From the NCBI GenBank assembly GCA_036229005.1, contig JAZAMN010000020.1, forward strand, positions 64,001-128,000: a stretch of 64,000 nucleotides of DNA, in the 5' to 3' direction. Shown piece by piece: positions 9,855 to 19,394 of this stretch. Source of the stretch: Myxococcota bacterium (GTDB lineage: Bacteria; Myxococcota_A; UBA796; CAJQPC01). Each line of letters begins with the position of its first letter. Within the stretch, counting starts at the first letter, position 1. The notes beneath the pieces were generated by a model that had not been told where the DNA came from, ran no database searches, and saw only the letters and a program-made list of their open reading frames with translations. The position numbers and the translations under genes were made by a program.

Positions 9855-10493
9855 ATGTCTTGGGGACGCACCGCTCTCTCGCTCCTGCTGCCCACCGCCT
9901 GCGCGGGGTGCGAGCAGCCCATGGCGTCCAGCCCAGCGGCCACCCTCTGCGGGGACTGCCTCGCGGAGCTCCCCCGCACCCTCGCAGCGCAGCTCCGCGC
10001 ACCGGAGCTCTGCCAAGACGCCTTCTGGTGGGCCGAGTACGCATCCCCCACTGGCCAGGCCCTGCGGCGGGCCAAGTACCGCCCGGACCTGCAGACCCTG
10101 GACCTGCTGTCCGAGCATCTGGCGGAGGCCGCGCGCGGTCGCCTTCCCCAGGTGGACGCCGTCGCGCCGGTCCCTCAGACCCCCCAAGCCTGGCTGCAGC
10201 GCGGCTTCTCGCCGGCCCAGCGCCTGGCCCTGGCCTGCGCCCGGAGCCTGGACCGCCCACTGATCCAACCCCTGGCCCGGGGGTGGGGACAGGCCCAGGC
10301 CGGGCGCTCTCCCCAGGAGCGGGAGCAGAACGTTCGCAGAGCGTTCCGTGCCCGGGGGCCGGTACACGACATCCGTGTCCTGCTGGTGGATGACATCCTG
10401 ACCACAGGCGCCACCGCGAGCGCCTGCGCTCAGACACTCTTGAACGCCGGAGCAGCCAGCGTGGTGCTCCTGGCGGCGACCCGAGCGAGCTGA
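9855..10493 (+). CDS. comF: ComF family phosphoribosyltransferase-like protein
   Basis: N-terminal CAGC...CGDC zinc ribbon, RGFSPA, VLLVDDILTTGATASAC. Confidence 0.88.
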   Translation: MSWGRTALSLLLPTACAGCEQPMASSPAATLCGDCLAELPRTLAAQLRAPELCQDAFWWAEYASPTGQALRRAKYRPDLQTLDLLSEHLAEAARGRLPQVDAVAPVPQTPQAWLQRGFSPAQRLALACARSLDRPLIQPLARGWGQAQAGRSPQEREQNVRRAFRARGPVHDIRVLLVDDILTTGATASACAQTLLNAGAASVVLLAATRAS

Positions 10494-10550
10494 TCCACAG
10501 CAGCTCGGGCACGCCCCGTCGGCGTTTCACCGGCATTGGTGCATGAGAGA

Positions 10551-10597
10551 GACAACGCGTTCAACTTTCTTGGACGTTGTCCCCCGAATGAACGCGT
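10551..10597. promoter_or_regulatory. Candidate enhancer-binding-protein sites (overlapping inverted repeats)
   Basis: GACAACG(10551)...CGTTGTC(10575-81) and ACGCGTTCA(10555-63)...TGAACGCGT(10589-97), upstream of a sigma54 motif. Confidence 0.45.
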
Positions 10598-10658
10598 GTA
10601 CCTTGCGTCTGAGGGTCAGACTGCAAAAAACCCAAGCTCTCTCCGTTCAACGGAACTT

Positions 10659-10674
10659 CGGCACGGGGTTTGCA
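10659..10674 (+). promoter_or_regulatory. sigma54 (-24/-12) promoter
   Basis: CGGCACG-GGGT-TTGCA, exact GG-N10-GC spacing, in an AT-richer intergenic region 50 nt before ATG 10724. Confidence 0.7.
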
Positions 10675-10723
10675 ATCAAACCCAATGTCCACACTGGACA
10701 GGCAACAGACACCGGAGAACACG

Positions 10724-10906
10724 ATGACCCCCAACACCCAGACCGTTTCCCTCGCTGACCTGATCACCACCCTCTACGACGAGTACCTCGCGCTCTACGG
10801 AGACAAGGAACTGGCCTCAGTGGCGGCTGCAGCTACGATCAACGACATCCTGGCCGAGCGCGCTCAGGCGCAAGCCAAGGTTGCACGCCAGGAAGAGGCC
10901 GCCTGA
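10724..10906 (+). CDS. Small (60 aa) helical hypothetical protein
   Basis: GGAGA RBS, ATG 10724, MTPNTQTVSLADLITTLYDEYLALYGDKELASVAAAATINDILAE. Confidence 0.7.
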   Translation: MTPNTQTVSLADLITTLYDEYLALYGDKELASVAAAATINDILAERAQAQAKVARQEEAA

Positions 10907-10961
10907 GTCCGGGGGGGTCATCCCTGACCGGGTGAGTCAAAGCTGACCCGGTTCCCCGGAC
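10907..10961 (+). terminator. Long stem-loop directly after the small gene
   Basis: GTCCGGGG...CCCCGGAC outer stem with ACCGGGT...ACCCGGT inner stem. Confidence 0.45.
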
Positions 10962-11173
10962 ACTCCAAATCGAAGTGTCTCCGCACGGCGCACTGCTCCA
11001 CATGGGGCGTGCGCCGTGTGTCGTCTGGGGGCTAGCGGCGCGCGCCGACGCGCCGGGGGAGCCCGCCAAGGATCCTTGAAGGGATCCAGCGCCCATGGGG
11101 ACTTGCCCGTCCTGGTCTTTTCATAGCGGCCAAAAGGGTTTACACGTCAATATCCCCCGCCTGCGTGGCTCCC

Positions 11174-12664
11174 ATGGCCCAGCTCTCCCCCACCGCAGCA
11201 CCAACCCGCGACCCCCTCCAGCGGGTCTGGGCAGCCGTCACCATCCGGGTGGCGTGGGAGCTCTACGCCCAGGGCGTGCGGCCCAGCGGAGCCAGCCTGC
11301 GCGAGGCCCGAGAGCACGTGCTGCTCTCCCTCCCCGAGCAGATCGGCCGCCTGCAGGCGGAGGAGCTCGCCTCGGTGTTCACCCGGGAGTACGTCGGCCG
11401 GATGCACCAGGGGCGGTACCGGCGCACCCCAATCCCCCGTGACCCCGTGGTCCCCCGCCCCTCCTGGCGGGAGCGCCTGACCGAGGCGCTCGACCCGGTG
11501 GGAGAGGTCGTGCTGCGCCTGGTCCACGGGGACGGCCTCAGCCTGGAGCAGGTGGAGACCATCACCAAGGTGGACCGGGTGGTGCTCCAGGCCGCCCAGC
11601 AGGGCGTCCGCGGCGCGCTGCGCGCCATCATGGCCGAAGACGGCGTGGCTGTGCCCATGGAGAGCGCCGCCTTCGAGCGCTTGCTGGCTCGCACCGCGCG
11701 CCTGCCCGCCGCCGACTGCCGAGGAGGCACCGAGGTCACCACGGCCGCTGGGGCGGCGCACGCGGAGCGGTGTCCTCGCTGTGCCCGGGCGGTCCGCTTG
11801 ATCCGCGCGGGGGCCCTGGCGCCCGATGAGTTGGTCCCCCCCGAGCGCATCGACCGACCCGCCCCCCTCTCCCTGCTGGTCCTGAACCTGCACCCCGAGG
11901 CCCGGCATCACCGCAAGGCCCTGGTCGAGGCCCTGGCCCCCGGCGCGCTCCGGGCGGACGAAGACAGCCTGCTGGTGGACCTGGACCGCGTCGGCGACCA
12001 CGTGGCCATCCTGCACGCCCTGGCCCTGGAGGGCACCCCCAGCCGCGAGCAGCTCCGCGGCGCGATGGTCCGGGGCGCAGGGCGCTGGTGCTCCCGGGGT
12101 CTGATGGGCCCTGTGGCGGCCGCTGGCGTCGAGCTGACCCGCTCCCGGAGCTGGGGAGAGGTCGACTCCTGCGGCACCCTGCCAGAGGCGCTCCCAGAGC
12201 CCCCCACGGCCGCGCGCTGGTGGTCCGCCGCCGTGGTCGCGGTGCTGCTGGCCAGCATCCTGGGTCTGTGGGCCCTGCGCCCCAAGCACACCCCACCCGA
12301 CCACCCACTGCGCGGCACCTTCGTCCAGGACGAGGCGGGCGTGGTCGGCCAGTTCGATCTGAGCGACCAGGCCTACCTGCTGGTCGTCGCCTGGCGTCCC
12401 GACGGCAGCCTGGAGCTCGTGCATCAGAGCGACCGCGTCTGGGACAAGGCCGAGCTGGCGGCCGGGGACGGGAGCTACCGGGTCAGCGAGCCCCAAGGCA
12501 GCCGCTTGCTCCTCGCCAGCGCCGCGACACCCTTCACGCGCAGCGACCTGTTGACCGAAGCCCAAGCCAGCGCGGATCCGCTGGACATGCTGGCCCGCAC
12601 ACTGCCCAAGGCCTGGGAGGGCGTGGACGTGCTGGTGCAGAGCCCCCCCGAGCCTCTACCCTGA
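11174..12664 (+). CDS. Membrane protein with sigma4-like HTH, HxxxCxxC zinc motif, TM helix and DUF4384-like C-terminus
   Basis: LDPVGEVVLRLVHGDGLSLEQVETITKV (sigma4-like), HAERCPRC, TM WWSAAVVAVLLASILGLWAL, QAYLLVVAWRPDGSLELV. Confidence 0.6.
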   Translation: MAQLSPTAAPTRDPLQRVWAAVTIRVAWELYAQGVRPSGASLREAREHVLLSLPEQIGRLQAEELASVFTREYVGRMHQGRYRRTPIPRDPVVPRPSWRERLTEALDPVGEVVLRLVHGDGLSLEQVETITKVDRVVLQAAQQGVRGALRAIMAEDGVAVPMESAAFERLLARTARLPAADCRGGTEVTTAAGAAHAERCPRCARAVRLIRAGALAPDELVPPERIDRPAPLSLLVLNLHPEARHHRKALVEALAPGALRADEDSLLVDLDRVGDHVAILHALALEGTPSREQLRGAMVRGAGRWCSRGLMGPVAAAGVELTRSRSWGEVDSCGTLPEALPEPPTAARWWSAAVVAVLLASILGLWALRPKHTPPDHPLRGTFVQDEAGVVGQFDLSDQAYLLVVAWRPDGSLELVHQSDRVWDKAELAAGDGSYRVSEPQGSRLLLASAATPFTRSDLLTEAQASADPLDMLARTLPKAWEGVDVLVQSPPEPLP

Positions 12665-12682
12665 CCTCCTTCCGAGGAGCCC

Positions 12683-13144
12683 ATGGCCCGCATCACCCCC
12701 CTGGACATCATCCAGAAGGAGTTCACGCCCAACCGGCGGGGCTTCGACCCTGACGAGGTCCAGGGCTTCCTGGATCAGGTGCGCGAGACCCTGGAGGAGA
12801 CCCTCAAGGACAAGCGCCGCCTGGAGGAGAAGCTCCGGGACCGCGAGCTGGAGCTCGAGCGCATGCGCCGCAATGAGGACCAGATCAAGGACACCCTGGT
12901 GCTCGCCAAGAAGCTCGCCGCCGAGGTCGAGCACAACGCCAGGCGCGAAGCCGACGTGGTCCTGGGCGAAGCGCGCCTGCAGGCCCAGGAGCTGCTCTCC
13001 GAGGCCGAAGACCAGATCGACGACCTGCACCAGGAGCTGCAGGAGCTCAAGGGCAACCGACACCGCCTGCGGGCCGAGCTGCGCGCCGTCCTGCAGACCC
13101 ACCAGGCTCTGCTCGCAGACATGGAGCGCGGCGACAGCGCCTGA
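12683..13144 (+). CDS. divIVA: DivIVA domain protein
   Basis: ITPLDIIQKEF...RGFDPDEVQGFLDQV plus coiled coil. Confidence 0.9.
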   Translation: MARITPLDIIQKEFTPNRRGFDPDEVQGFLDQVRETLEETLKDKRRLEEKLRDRELELERMRRNEDQIKDTLVLAKKLAAEVEHNARREADVVLGEARLQAQELLSEAEDQIDDLHQELQELKGNRHRLRAELRAVLQTHQALLADMERGDSA

Positions 13145-13184
13145 GCTGCGTGGGGGGGTCAGGCTGCGGGTGACCTCGCTGGGG

Positions 13185-13946
13185 TCAAGAGGCCTGCCGG
13201 TCTTCGTGGGGCTCCGATGCCTGAGCGGTGGACCGAGCTTTGCCCGCAGCAGGCCGCAGCACCTCCCCTTCCTGAAGGATGCCGGTCCCGGGGATCCAGT
13301 CCACGGCGGGCACCGAGATCTGGAAGTTGTAGCGGGTCATCAGGGCGGGCTTGTGGTGCAGGCGGTGGTGCTCGCGGGCCCAGCGCAGGCCGGGGATGGC
13401 CATGGCGGGGTGATCCGCGGGCAGGTGGCAGGCCAGGTGCACCCACTCGAAGAAGCTCATGTAGACGAGGACGGTCGCGGCAAAGACGCGCGCTGCGTCC
13501 CCACCCAAGAGCCCCCAGATGGCCAGACTGATGGGGAGCGCGACGCCAAAGACGAGGACAACGAGCTGCTTGGGATGCAGCACGGTGGCGTGGACGTCCA
13601 GGGGGTCGGCGCCTTCGATGGCCTGGTCGGTGAAGTAGCGGTGGTGCACGCGGACGTGCTGCCGGAACATGAACTCCAGGCGCGGCACGGGGCGGTGCAT
13701 GGGGATGCGGTGGGCCAGGTACTCCGAGACGGTGGACAGGGCCCAGGTGGCGACCGCGGTGGCCACGAGGCTCCAGTGGAAGGCCTCGATGCCCGCCAGC
13801 AGGAGCGCGCAGACCCCGAGCATGGCGGCGGTGATTCGGCGCTGTTGACGCCACCCGTTGTACCCAGCAGGGAGCGCGGCGCGGTACTCGTCGCGGAAGC
13901 GCTGGGTCTTGGCGGGGACTGCGGTTCTGGTAAGCGGTGGGCTCAT
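13185..13946 (-). CDS. Fatty acid hydroxylase / sterol desaturase family
   Basis: His boxes EYLAHRIPMH, HVRVHH, EWVHLACH, HHRLHH. Confidence 0.85.
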   Translation of the reverse strand: MSPPLTRTAVPAKTQRFRDEYRAALPAGYNGWRQQRRITAAMLGVCALLLAGIEAFHWSLVATAVATWALSTVSEYLAHRIPMHRPVPRLEFMFRQHVRVHHRYFTDQAIEGADPLDVHATVLHPKQLVVLVFGVALPISLAIWGLLGGDAARVFAATVLVYMSFFEWVHLACHLPADHPAMAIPGLRWAREHHRLHHKPALMTRYNFQISVPAVDWIPGTGILQEGEVLRPAAGKARSTAQASEPHEDRQAS

Positions 13947-16120
13947 GCGCTGGCCTCCAGTCGGCCGCGGGCGGCGAGGGTACTCAGGACCTCAACGAGG
14001 GACTCACGGCGCAGCGGCTTGGGCAGGAACTCGTCCATTCCGACCTCGGTGCAGCGCTCGCGGTCTTGCGGTAGCACATTCGCGGTGAGCGCCACGATGG
14101 GCACGCGGGTGTGGCCCTTCTGCTCCTCCCAGGAGCGGATGCGCCGGGTGGCCTCCAGGCCGTCCATGCGGGGCATCTGCAGGTCCATGAGCACCAGATC
14201 CCAGGCGTTGTCGCGGACCTGCGTGAGGGCCTCGATGCCGTCGTTGGCGACCCCGACCTGCACCCCCTCCTGCTCCAGGAAGCGGCGGGCGACGAGCTGG
14301 TTGACGGGGTTGTCTTCGACCAGGAGCACGCGCAGACCGGGCAGGGCAGGCTGCGGCACGGAGGGCTCGGTGCTGGTGTCGCCTTCGAGCAGGGAGAAGA
14401 GCTCGCCGCGCTGGATGGGGCAGAGCAGCACCTCGGCGTTCTGCTGACGGGCGATGCGGCGGGCCTCCAGGAGGTCCGAGCCCGGGGCCACGAGGACGCG
14501 GTTGCCGGGCACGTTGGCGGCGGCGGGCTGCTCCGGCTCGAAGGGGAGGAAGTGGATCGAGGCGTCCTTGGGCTGGAGGATCTCCACCTCCATCGCCCGC
14601 AGGTGGGCCACCAACGCGTCGCGCTCAGGACCATCAGCGAGGTGAACGCTGGCACCGAACACCGAGGGCAGCGGGCGCGGCAGGCTGAGCTCCACGACGC
14701 GAGACGGGATCTCCGCCCAGAAGAAGGCCCCGCCGCTCTCCAGATCTTCGGCGCCGATGCGGCCCCCCATCTGCTCGACCAGCGCGCGGCTGACCTTGAG
14801 GCCCAGGCCGCTGCCACCGTGACGGCGGGTGTGGCCCTGGTCGCCCTGCTCGAAGGCCTCGAAGATGCGCTCCAGATCCAGGCCGCCCAGGCCGGGACCG
14901 GTGTCCCGGACCTCCATGCGCAGAACGCTCCAGCCCCGGTCGGGGGCGCTCGCGCTCAGGCGGAACCAGACCCGCCCGCGGTTGGTGAACTTGAGGCCGT
15001 TGCCCACCAGGTTGACCAGCACCTGGCGCAGGCGGACCTGGTCCCCCACGAGCAGCGCCGGCACGCTGGCGTCCGCGAAGCCGCTCAGGCGCAGCTCCTT
15101 GCTCCAGGCGCTGGGGGCCAGGGTGCCCAGGACCTCGTCCACGAGCTCCACGGGGTCGAAGGGGGCCTGACCGATCTCGAGCTGTCCGCGCTCGAGCTGC
15201 ACGGTGTCCAGGATGTCGTCGATGATCTCCAGGAGCAGCCCGCCGGAGCTGGCGATGTTGCGGATGTACTGCTCCTGCTCGCGGTTCAGGGGGCTGCTGC
15301 GCAGGAGCTGGACCATGCCGATCACCCCGTTGAGGGGGGTCCGCAGCTCGTGGGACATGGTGGCCAGGAAGAGCCCCTTGCTTCGGGCAGCGGACTCGGC
15401 GGCCTCCCGGGCCAGGATGAGCTCCTGGTGCTGCCGAGCCTGGATGAGCTCCCCCATCGCGGCGACCCAGTACTCCCGCTCCAGCTTGCGGCCCTGGGTG
15501 AGCATGAAGCCCAGGAAGGCCACCACGAGCAGGCCGAGCAGCCAGGCGTCCGGGACCCCCACGGCCGTCTGGTAGACGACCACACACAAGAGCGGGAGGG
15601 CGATGAGGGCCTGGTAGGCCAGGTTGGCGCGCATGCTGTAGGTGAAGGTGCCCAGCGACCCGCCGGTGATCCCGGTCGTCGAGAGCATGACCATGACGCC
15701 GAGCGGCCCCCAGGGCTCCGCGAGCCACGCGGGCGCGACCACCCCAGCGCCCCAGACCAGGCCCTGCAGGACCGTCAGCAGGTAGAAGCGCCGGTGACCC
15801 TCCAGAGCGTCGTTCAGCTCGTCGCTCACCAGCAGTCGCCGGTTCCACCACCGGACCGCGGTCAGCATGAGGGTCGCCGCCAGCGCCCCCCAGAAGGTGG
15901 GCAGGCCGCGCACCCCGGAGTGGAGCCCCAGGACCAGGAACAGGATGGGGTAGGTCGCCAGGGAGACCGGCACCCGCTGGCTCAGCTCACGGGTCGCGTC
16001 CAGCAGCAGCCGGCGGTACTGACCGGCGTCCAGCTCGTCGGCCCCGGAGGGAAGCTTGACCCCCCAGGGGACTGGGCGTTCGTCCGTGGCGGTCAGGGCG
16101 TCCAGCATGCTCTCAGACAA
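13943..16120 (-). CDS. Membrane hybrid sensor histidine kinase / response regulator
   Basis: Multiple TMs, FLATMSHELRTPLNG, NLVGNGLKFT, DTGPG, GGSGLGL, receiver VEDNPVNQ...MDLQMP. Confidence 0.93.
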   Translation of the reverse strand: MSESMLDALTATDERPVPWGVKLPSGADELDAGQYRRLLLDATRELSQRVPVSLATYPILFLVLGLHSGVRGLPTFWGALAATLMLTAVRWWNRRLLVSDELNDALEGHRRFYLLTVLQGLVWGAGVVAPAWLAEPWGPLGVMVMLSTTGITGGSLGTFTYSMRANLAYQALIALPLLCVVVYQTAVGVPDAWLLGLLVVAFLGFMLTQGRKLEREYWVAAMGELIQARQHQELILAREAAESAARSKGLFLATMSHELRTPLNGVIGMVQLLRSSPLNREQEQYIRNIASSGGLLLEIIDDILDTVQLERGQLEIGQAPFDPVELVDEVLGTLAPSAWSKELRLSGFADASVPALLVGDQVRLRQVLVNLVGNGLKFTNRGRVWFRLSASAPDRGWSVLRMEVRDTGPGLGGLDLERIFEAFEQGDQGHTRRHGGSGLGLKVSRALVEQMGGRIGAEDLESGGAFFWAEIPSRVVELSLPRPLPSVFGASVHLADGPERDALVAHLRAMEVEILQPKDASIHFLPFEPEQPAAANVPGNRVLVAPGSDLLEARRIARQQNAEVLLCPIQRGELFSLLEGDTSTEPSVPQPALPGLRVLLVEDNPVNQLVARRFLEQEGVQVGVANDGIEALTQVRDNAWDLVLMDLQMPRMDGLEATRRIRSWEEQKGHTRVPIVALTANVLPQDRERCTEVGMDEFLPKPLRRESLVEVLSTLAARGRLEASA

Positions 16121-16155
16121 TCATCTCCCCGATACAATGTCGACTACAAGCGATT

Positions 16156-17073
16156 TCAAGCAGCCGCGTTCGGGGGATTGAGCTGCAACGCGCAGCGCTC
16201 CATGACCTGTTCCAGGACCGCATCATCCACGCCCAGATAGTCCTGGGCCCGCTGCAGGCGCTCCGCATCCAGGTAGGGCCCCCAGGCCGGGTCGTGACAG
16301 CCCAGGTGGGTGCCCATGCGCAGCGACAGCCCCTCCGCGACGGTCAGGCTGGCAATCAGCAGCGCCTGGGGATGGTGCGGATCCAGGTCGTGGTGGTGCG
16401 CGATGACCTCGAGCACCTCCTCCGGCAGCTCCCACTCCCGACCGACCACCATGGCGGCGTCCTCGTGCACCCGCAGCATGGCGGGCCAGAGCGAGCGCAG
16501 CGAGGGCGCGCCTTCGGGGAGCTCACCAAAGACCAGCAGCGTCGCGGCGATGCCCATGTCGGCCAGCAGCCCGCACATGTAGGTGAAGGTCTGTTCGCCC
16601 CCGGTGACCCGCGCCAGCTCCTGCGCGATGGTGCCCAGCGCCTGGCTGTGCTGGAAGAGCGCGTCCAGCTCCGACTGATAGGCCGGCGTCCGGAACACGC
16701 GCGTGCGCAGGGAGACCGTCATCACGACGTCGCGGATCCCCCGCAGGCCCAAGCGGGTCAGCGCCTGCCGGATGGACCGGATCGGCGAGCGCGCCCCCAT
16801 CAGCGGGGAGTTCGCGGCGCGGAGGATCTGCGCGGTCAGCAGCGGATCTTCGGAGAGCACCGGCTCCAGGTCCCGCGAGAAGTCCATGGTGATCGGCGCT
16901 TGAGAGAGCCGCAGCACCTCCATCGCCACCCGAGGGAGCAGCGGCGGGGTGTAGCTGGGACGCTTGAAGGTCCCGGCCAGCGCCTCCACCACCTGTTCCG
17001 TCGACATGGTCGTCGGGTCCATCCCCCCCGCCAAGACGACGAATGCCTTTCCGTTGCTAGACCGTGCAGCCAT
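16156..17073 (-). CDS. HDOD domain protein
   Basis: PPLLPRVAMEV, DPLLTAQILRAANSP, GLLADMG, WELPEEVLEVIAHHH. Confidence 0.88.
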   Translation of the reverse strand: MAARSSNGKAFVVLAGGMDPTTMSTEQVVEALAGTFKRPSYTPPLLPRVAMEVLRLSQAPITMDFSRDLEPVLSEDPLLTAQILRAANSPLMGARSPIRSIRQALTRLGLRGIRDVVMTVSLRTRVFRTPAYQSELDALFQHSQALGTIAQELARVTGGEQTFTYMCGLLADMGIAATLLVFGELPEGAPSLRSLWPAMLRVHEDAAMVVGREWELPEEVLEVIAHHHDLDPHHPQALLIASLTVAEGLSLRMGTHLGCHDPAWGPYLDAERLQRAQDYLGVDDAVLEQVMERCALQLNPPNAAA

Positions 17074-17204
17074 GGCCAGAGCCTCCAGTGCCACAACAAA
17101 CGGCCCCGGAGGCAGCAACCTTGAGCCCCGATTCGGGTTCGGAGAGAGGTGGCTGGGATCTGGCGCAGACCATCGGAGTCCACCCCCCCGATCGGACAGG
17201 GCGC

Positions 17205-18587
17205 TCAGACCATGGAATGGGGATCCAGCGCATCGGCGAGGACATCGGCAGACAAGCTCCCCTCCTCCAGCGCCTGCTCCCGCACGCTGCGCCCGCTCTC
17301 CAGGGCCCGCTTGGCCAGCGCAGCGGCGGCGTCGTAGCCAAGCTGAGGCACCAGCGCAGTCACCAGCGACAGGTTGCGCTCCAGGGTGGCCTCGCAGCGC
17401 GCCCGATCGGCCTCCAGCCCCGCAATACAGCGGTCCGCGAACACCCGGGCTCCCTGGGTCAGCAGCTCGATGGACTCCAGCAGCCGGGCCGCCAGCAGCG
17501 GCAGCATCGCGTTGAGCTGGAGCTGCCCACCGGCGCCGCAGAGCCCCACCGTGACGTCGTTGCCCTGCACCTGCGCAGCGACCATCACCAGCATCTCGCA
17601 GTGCACAGGGTTCACCTTGCCCGGCATGATCGAGCTGCCAGGCTGTACGGCCGGCAGCTTGAGCTCCGCCAGGCCCGTGCGCGGACCGCTGCCGAGCAGC
17701 CGGATGTCGTTGGCGATCTTGGAGAGCGCGACGGCCACCGCGCGGAGCTGCCCGTGGGCCTCCACCGCCGCGTCCTGCGCGGACTGCGCCTGAAAGTGAT
17801 CCGCCGCCTCGACGAAGGGGAGATCCGTCTCCTCCGCGATGCGGCGTACAGCCAGCTCCGCAAAGCCCTCGGGGCAGTTCAGCCCGGTCCCCACCGCGGT
17901 GCCCCCCAGCGCCAAGGGCATCAGCACATCGAGCGCGCGCTCGCAGCGGTCCACCGAAGCCGAGATCTGGGCCGCGTAGCCCCCAAACACCTGTCCCAGC
18001 CGCACCGGCGTGGCGTCCATCAGGTGGGTGCGGCCGCTCATCACGATGTCCTGCCAGGCCGCCGCCTTGGCCGCCAGTGCCTCCTCCAGGTGCTGGAGCG
18101 CGGGGATCAGGTCCTGGTGCAGCGCCAGCGCGCCGCTCAGGTGCAAGGCCGTGGGGATCACGTCGTTGCTGGACTGGCTCATGTTGACGTGGTCGTTGGG
18201 GTGCACCGGCTGGCGGGAGCCCAGCTCTCCGCCCATCAGCTCGCTGGCGCGGTTCCCGATGACCTCGTTTGCGTTCATGTTGGTCGAGGTGCCCGAGCCG
18301 GTCTGGAAGATGTCGATGGGGAAGTGATCGTCCCAGTCACCATCGATCACCTCCTGAGCCGCTGCCTGGATCCACTCCGCCATCTCCACCTCGATGAGCC
18401 CGAGGTCTTCGTTGGCCTGACAGGCGCTCTTCTTGACCAGCCCCAGGGCCTGGACGAAGCGCACAGGCATGGGCCGACCGCTGATCGGGAAGTTCTGCAG
18501 GGCGCGCTGGGTCTGGGCCCCGTAGTAGGCCTTGGCGGGGACGCGGAGCGCCCCCAGCGAGTCGGACTCGGTGCGGTATGCGGGCAC
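17205..18587 (-). CDS. fumC: Class II fumarate hydratase
   Basis: YYGAQTQRA, QTGSGTSTNMNANEVI, GRTHLMDATP, GSSIMPGKVNP. Confidence 0.95.
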   Translation of the reverse strand: MPAYRTESDSLGALRVPAKAYYGAQTQRALQNFPISGRPMPVRFVQALGLVKKSACQANEDLGLIEVEMAEWIQAAAQEVIDGDWDDHFPIDIFQTGSGTSTNMNANEVIGNRASELMGGELGSRQPVHPNDHVNMSQSSNDVIPTALHLSGALALHQDLIPALQHLEEALAAKAAAWQDIVMSGRTHLMDATPVRLGQVFGGYAAQISASVDRCERALDVLMPLALGGTAVGTGLNCPEGFAELAVRRIAEETDLPFVEAADHFQAQSAQDAAVEAHGQLRAVAVALSKIANDIRLLGSGPRTGLAELKLPAVQPGSSIMPGKVNPVHCEMLVMVAAQVQGNDVTVGLCGAGGQLQLNAMLPLLAARLLESIELLTQGARVFADRCIAGLEADRARCEATLERNLSLVTALVPQLGYDAAAALAKRALESGRSVREQALEEGSLSADVLADALDPHSMV

Positions 18588-18650
18588 GTGATGCTCTCCG
18601 GGCAGGGTTGCATGGGGAGGTTAATGCGGGCGCCTTGCACGGGAAGCCCG

Positions 18651-19316
18651 ATGTCCGAGATCCCCATCGCCGAGCGCCTCCGCCTCTCCGAGGTCTACCT
18701 CTCCGTCCAGGGCGAGAGCTCCAAGGCCGGCCTGCCTTGCGTGTTCATCCGCCTGACCGGCTGCAACCTGCGCTGTAGCTGGTGCGACTCGGAGTACACC
18801 TTCACCGGCGGCGAGCACCGCAGCATCGACGACGTGGTAGCCGAGGCCCTGGCCTTTGGGGTCCCCATGATCGAGGTGACCGGCGGCGAGCCCCTGGCCC
18901 AGCGCCAGTGCATCCCCCTGCTGGAGCGCCTGGTGGCCGCTGGCGCGGAGGTGCTCCTGGAGACCTCGGGGAGCATCGACATCCAACCGGTGCCCTCGCC
19001 GGTGCGCGTGATCCTGGATCTGAAGCCGCCCGGATCTGGAGAGGTGGGGAAGAATCGCTGGGAGAACCTGGATCACCTCCTCCCCCACCACGAGATCAAG
19101 TTCGTGATCGCCGATCGGCAGGACTACGAGTGGTCCCGCGAGGTCATCCGGGAGCACAGCCTGGCCGACAAGGTCGACGAGATCCTGCTCTCCGCCGTGT
19201 TCGGGGAGCTGGAGCCGGCCACCTTGGTGGAGTGGATGCTGGAAGACCGCCTGCCCGCCCGCCTGAACCTGCAGCAGCACAAGGTGATCTGGCCGGCCGC
19301 CCAGCGCGGGGTCTGA
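18651..19316 (+). CDS. queE: 7-carboxy-7-deazaguanine synthase (radical SAM)
   Basis: SVQGES...FIRLTGCNLRCSWCDS, VTGGEPL, QQHKVIW. Confidence 0.9.
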   Translation: MSEIPIAERLRLSEVYLSVQGESSKAGLPCVFIRLTGCNLRCSWCDSEYTFTGGEHRSIDDVVAEALAFGVPMIEVTGGEPLAQRQCIPLLERLVAAGAEVLLETSGSIDIQPVPSPVRVILDLKPPGSGEVGKNRWENLDHLLPHHEIKFVIADRQDYEWSREVIREHSLADKVDEILLSAVFGELEPATLVEWMLEDRLPARLNLQQHKVIWPAAQRGV

Positions 19317-19394
19317 GGCGCCAGAACACAGCCCGCCAGAGCACAAAGGCCGCCGCCCCGGAGGACGACGGCCCTTGAGGCGGACGCGGAAGGC

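Noticed and set aside
17064..18650. Long N-terminal extensions in the ORF track (queE 750 aa; also 29262, 49921, 46499, 39081 starts)
   Set aside because: Extensions overlap real genes; RBS or coupling evidence places the true starts downstream.
18651..19316. queE as part of a 7-deazaguanine DNA-modification (dpd) or Qat defence cluster
   Set aside because: Stand-alone among housekeeping genes; no dpdA, queC/D or qat neighbours.
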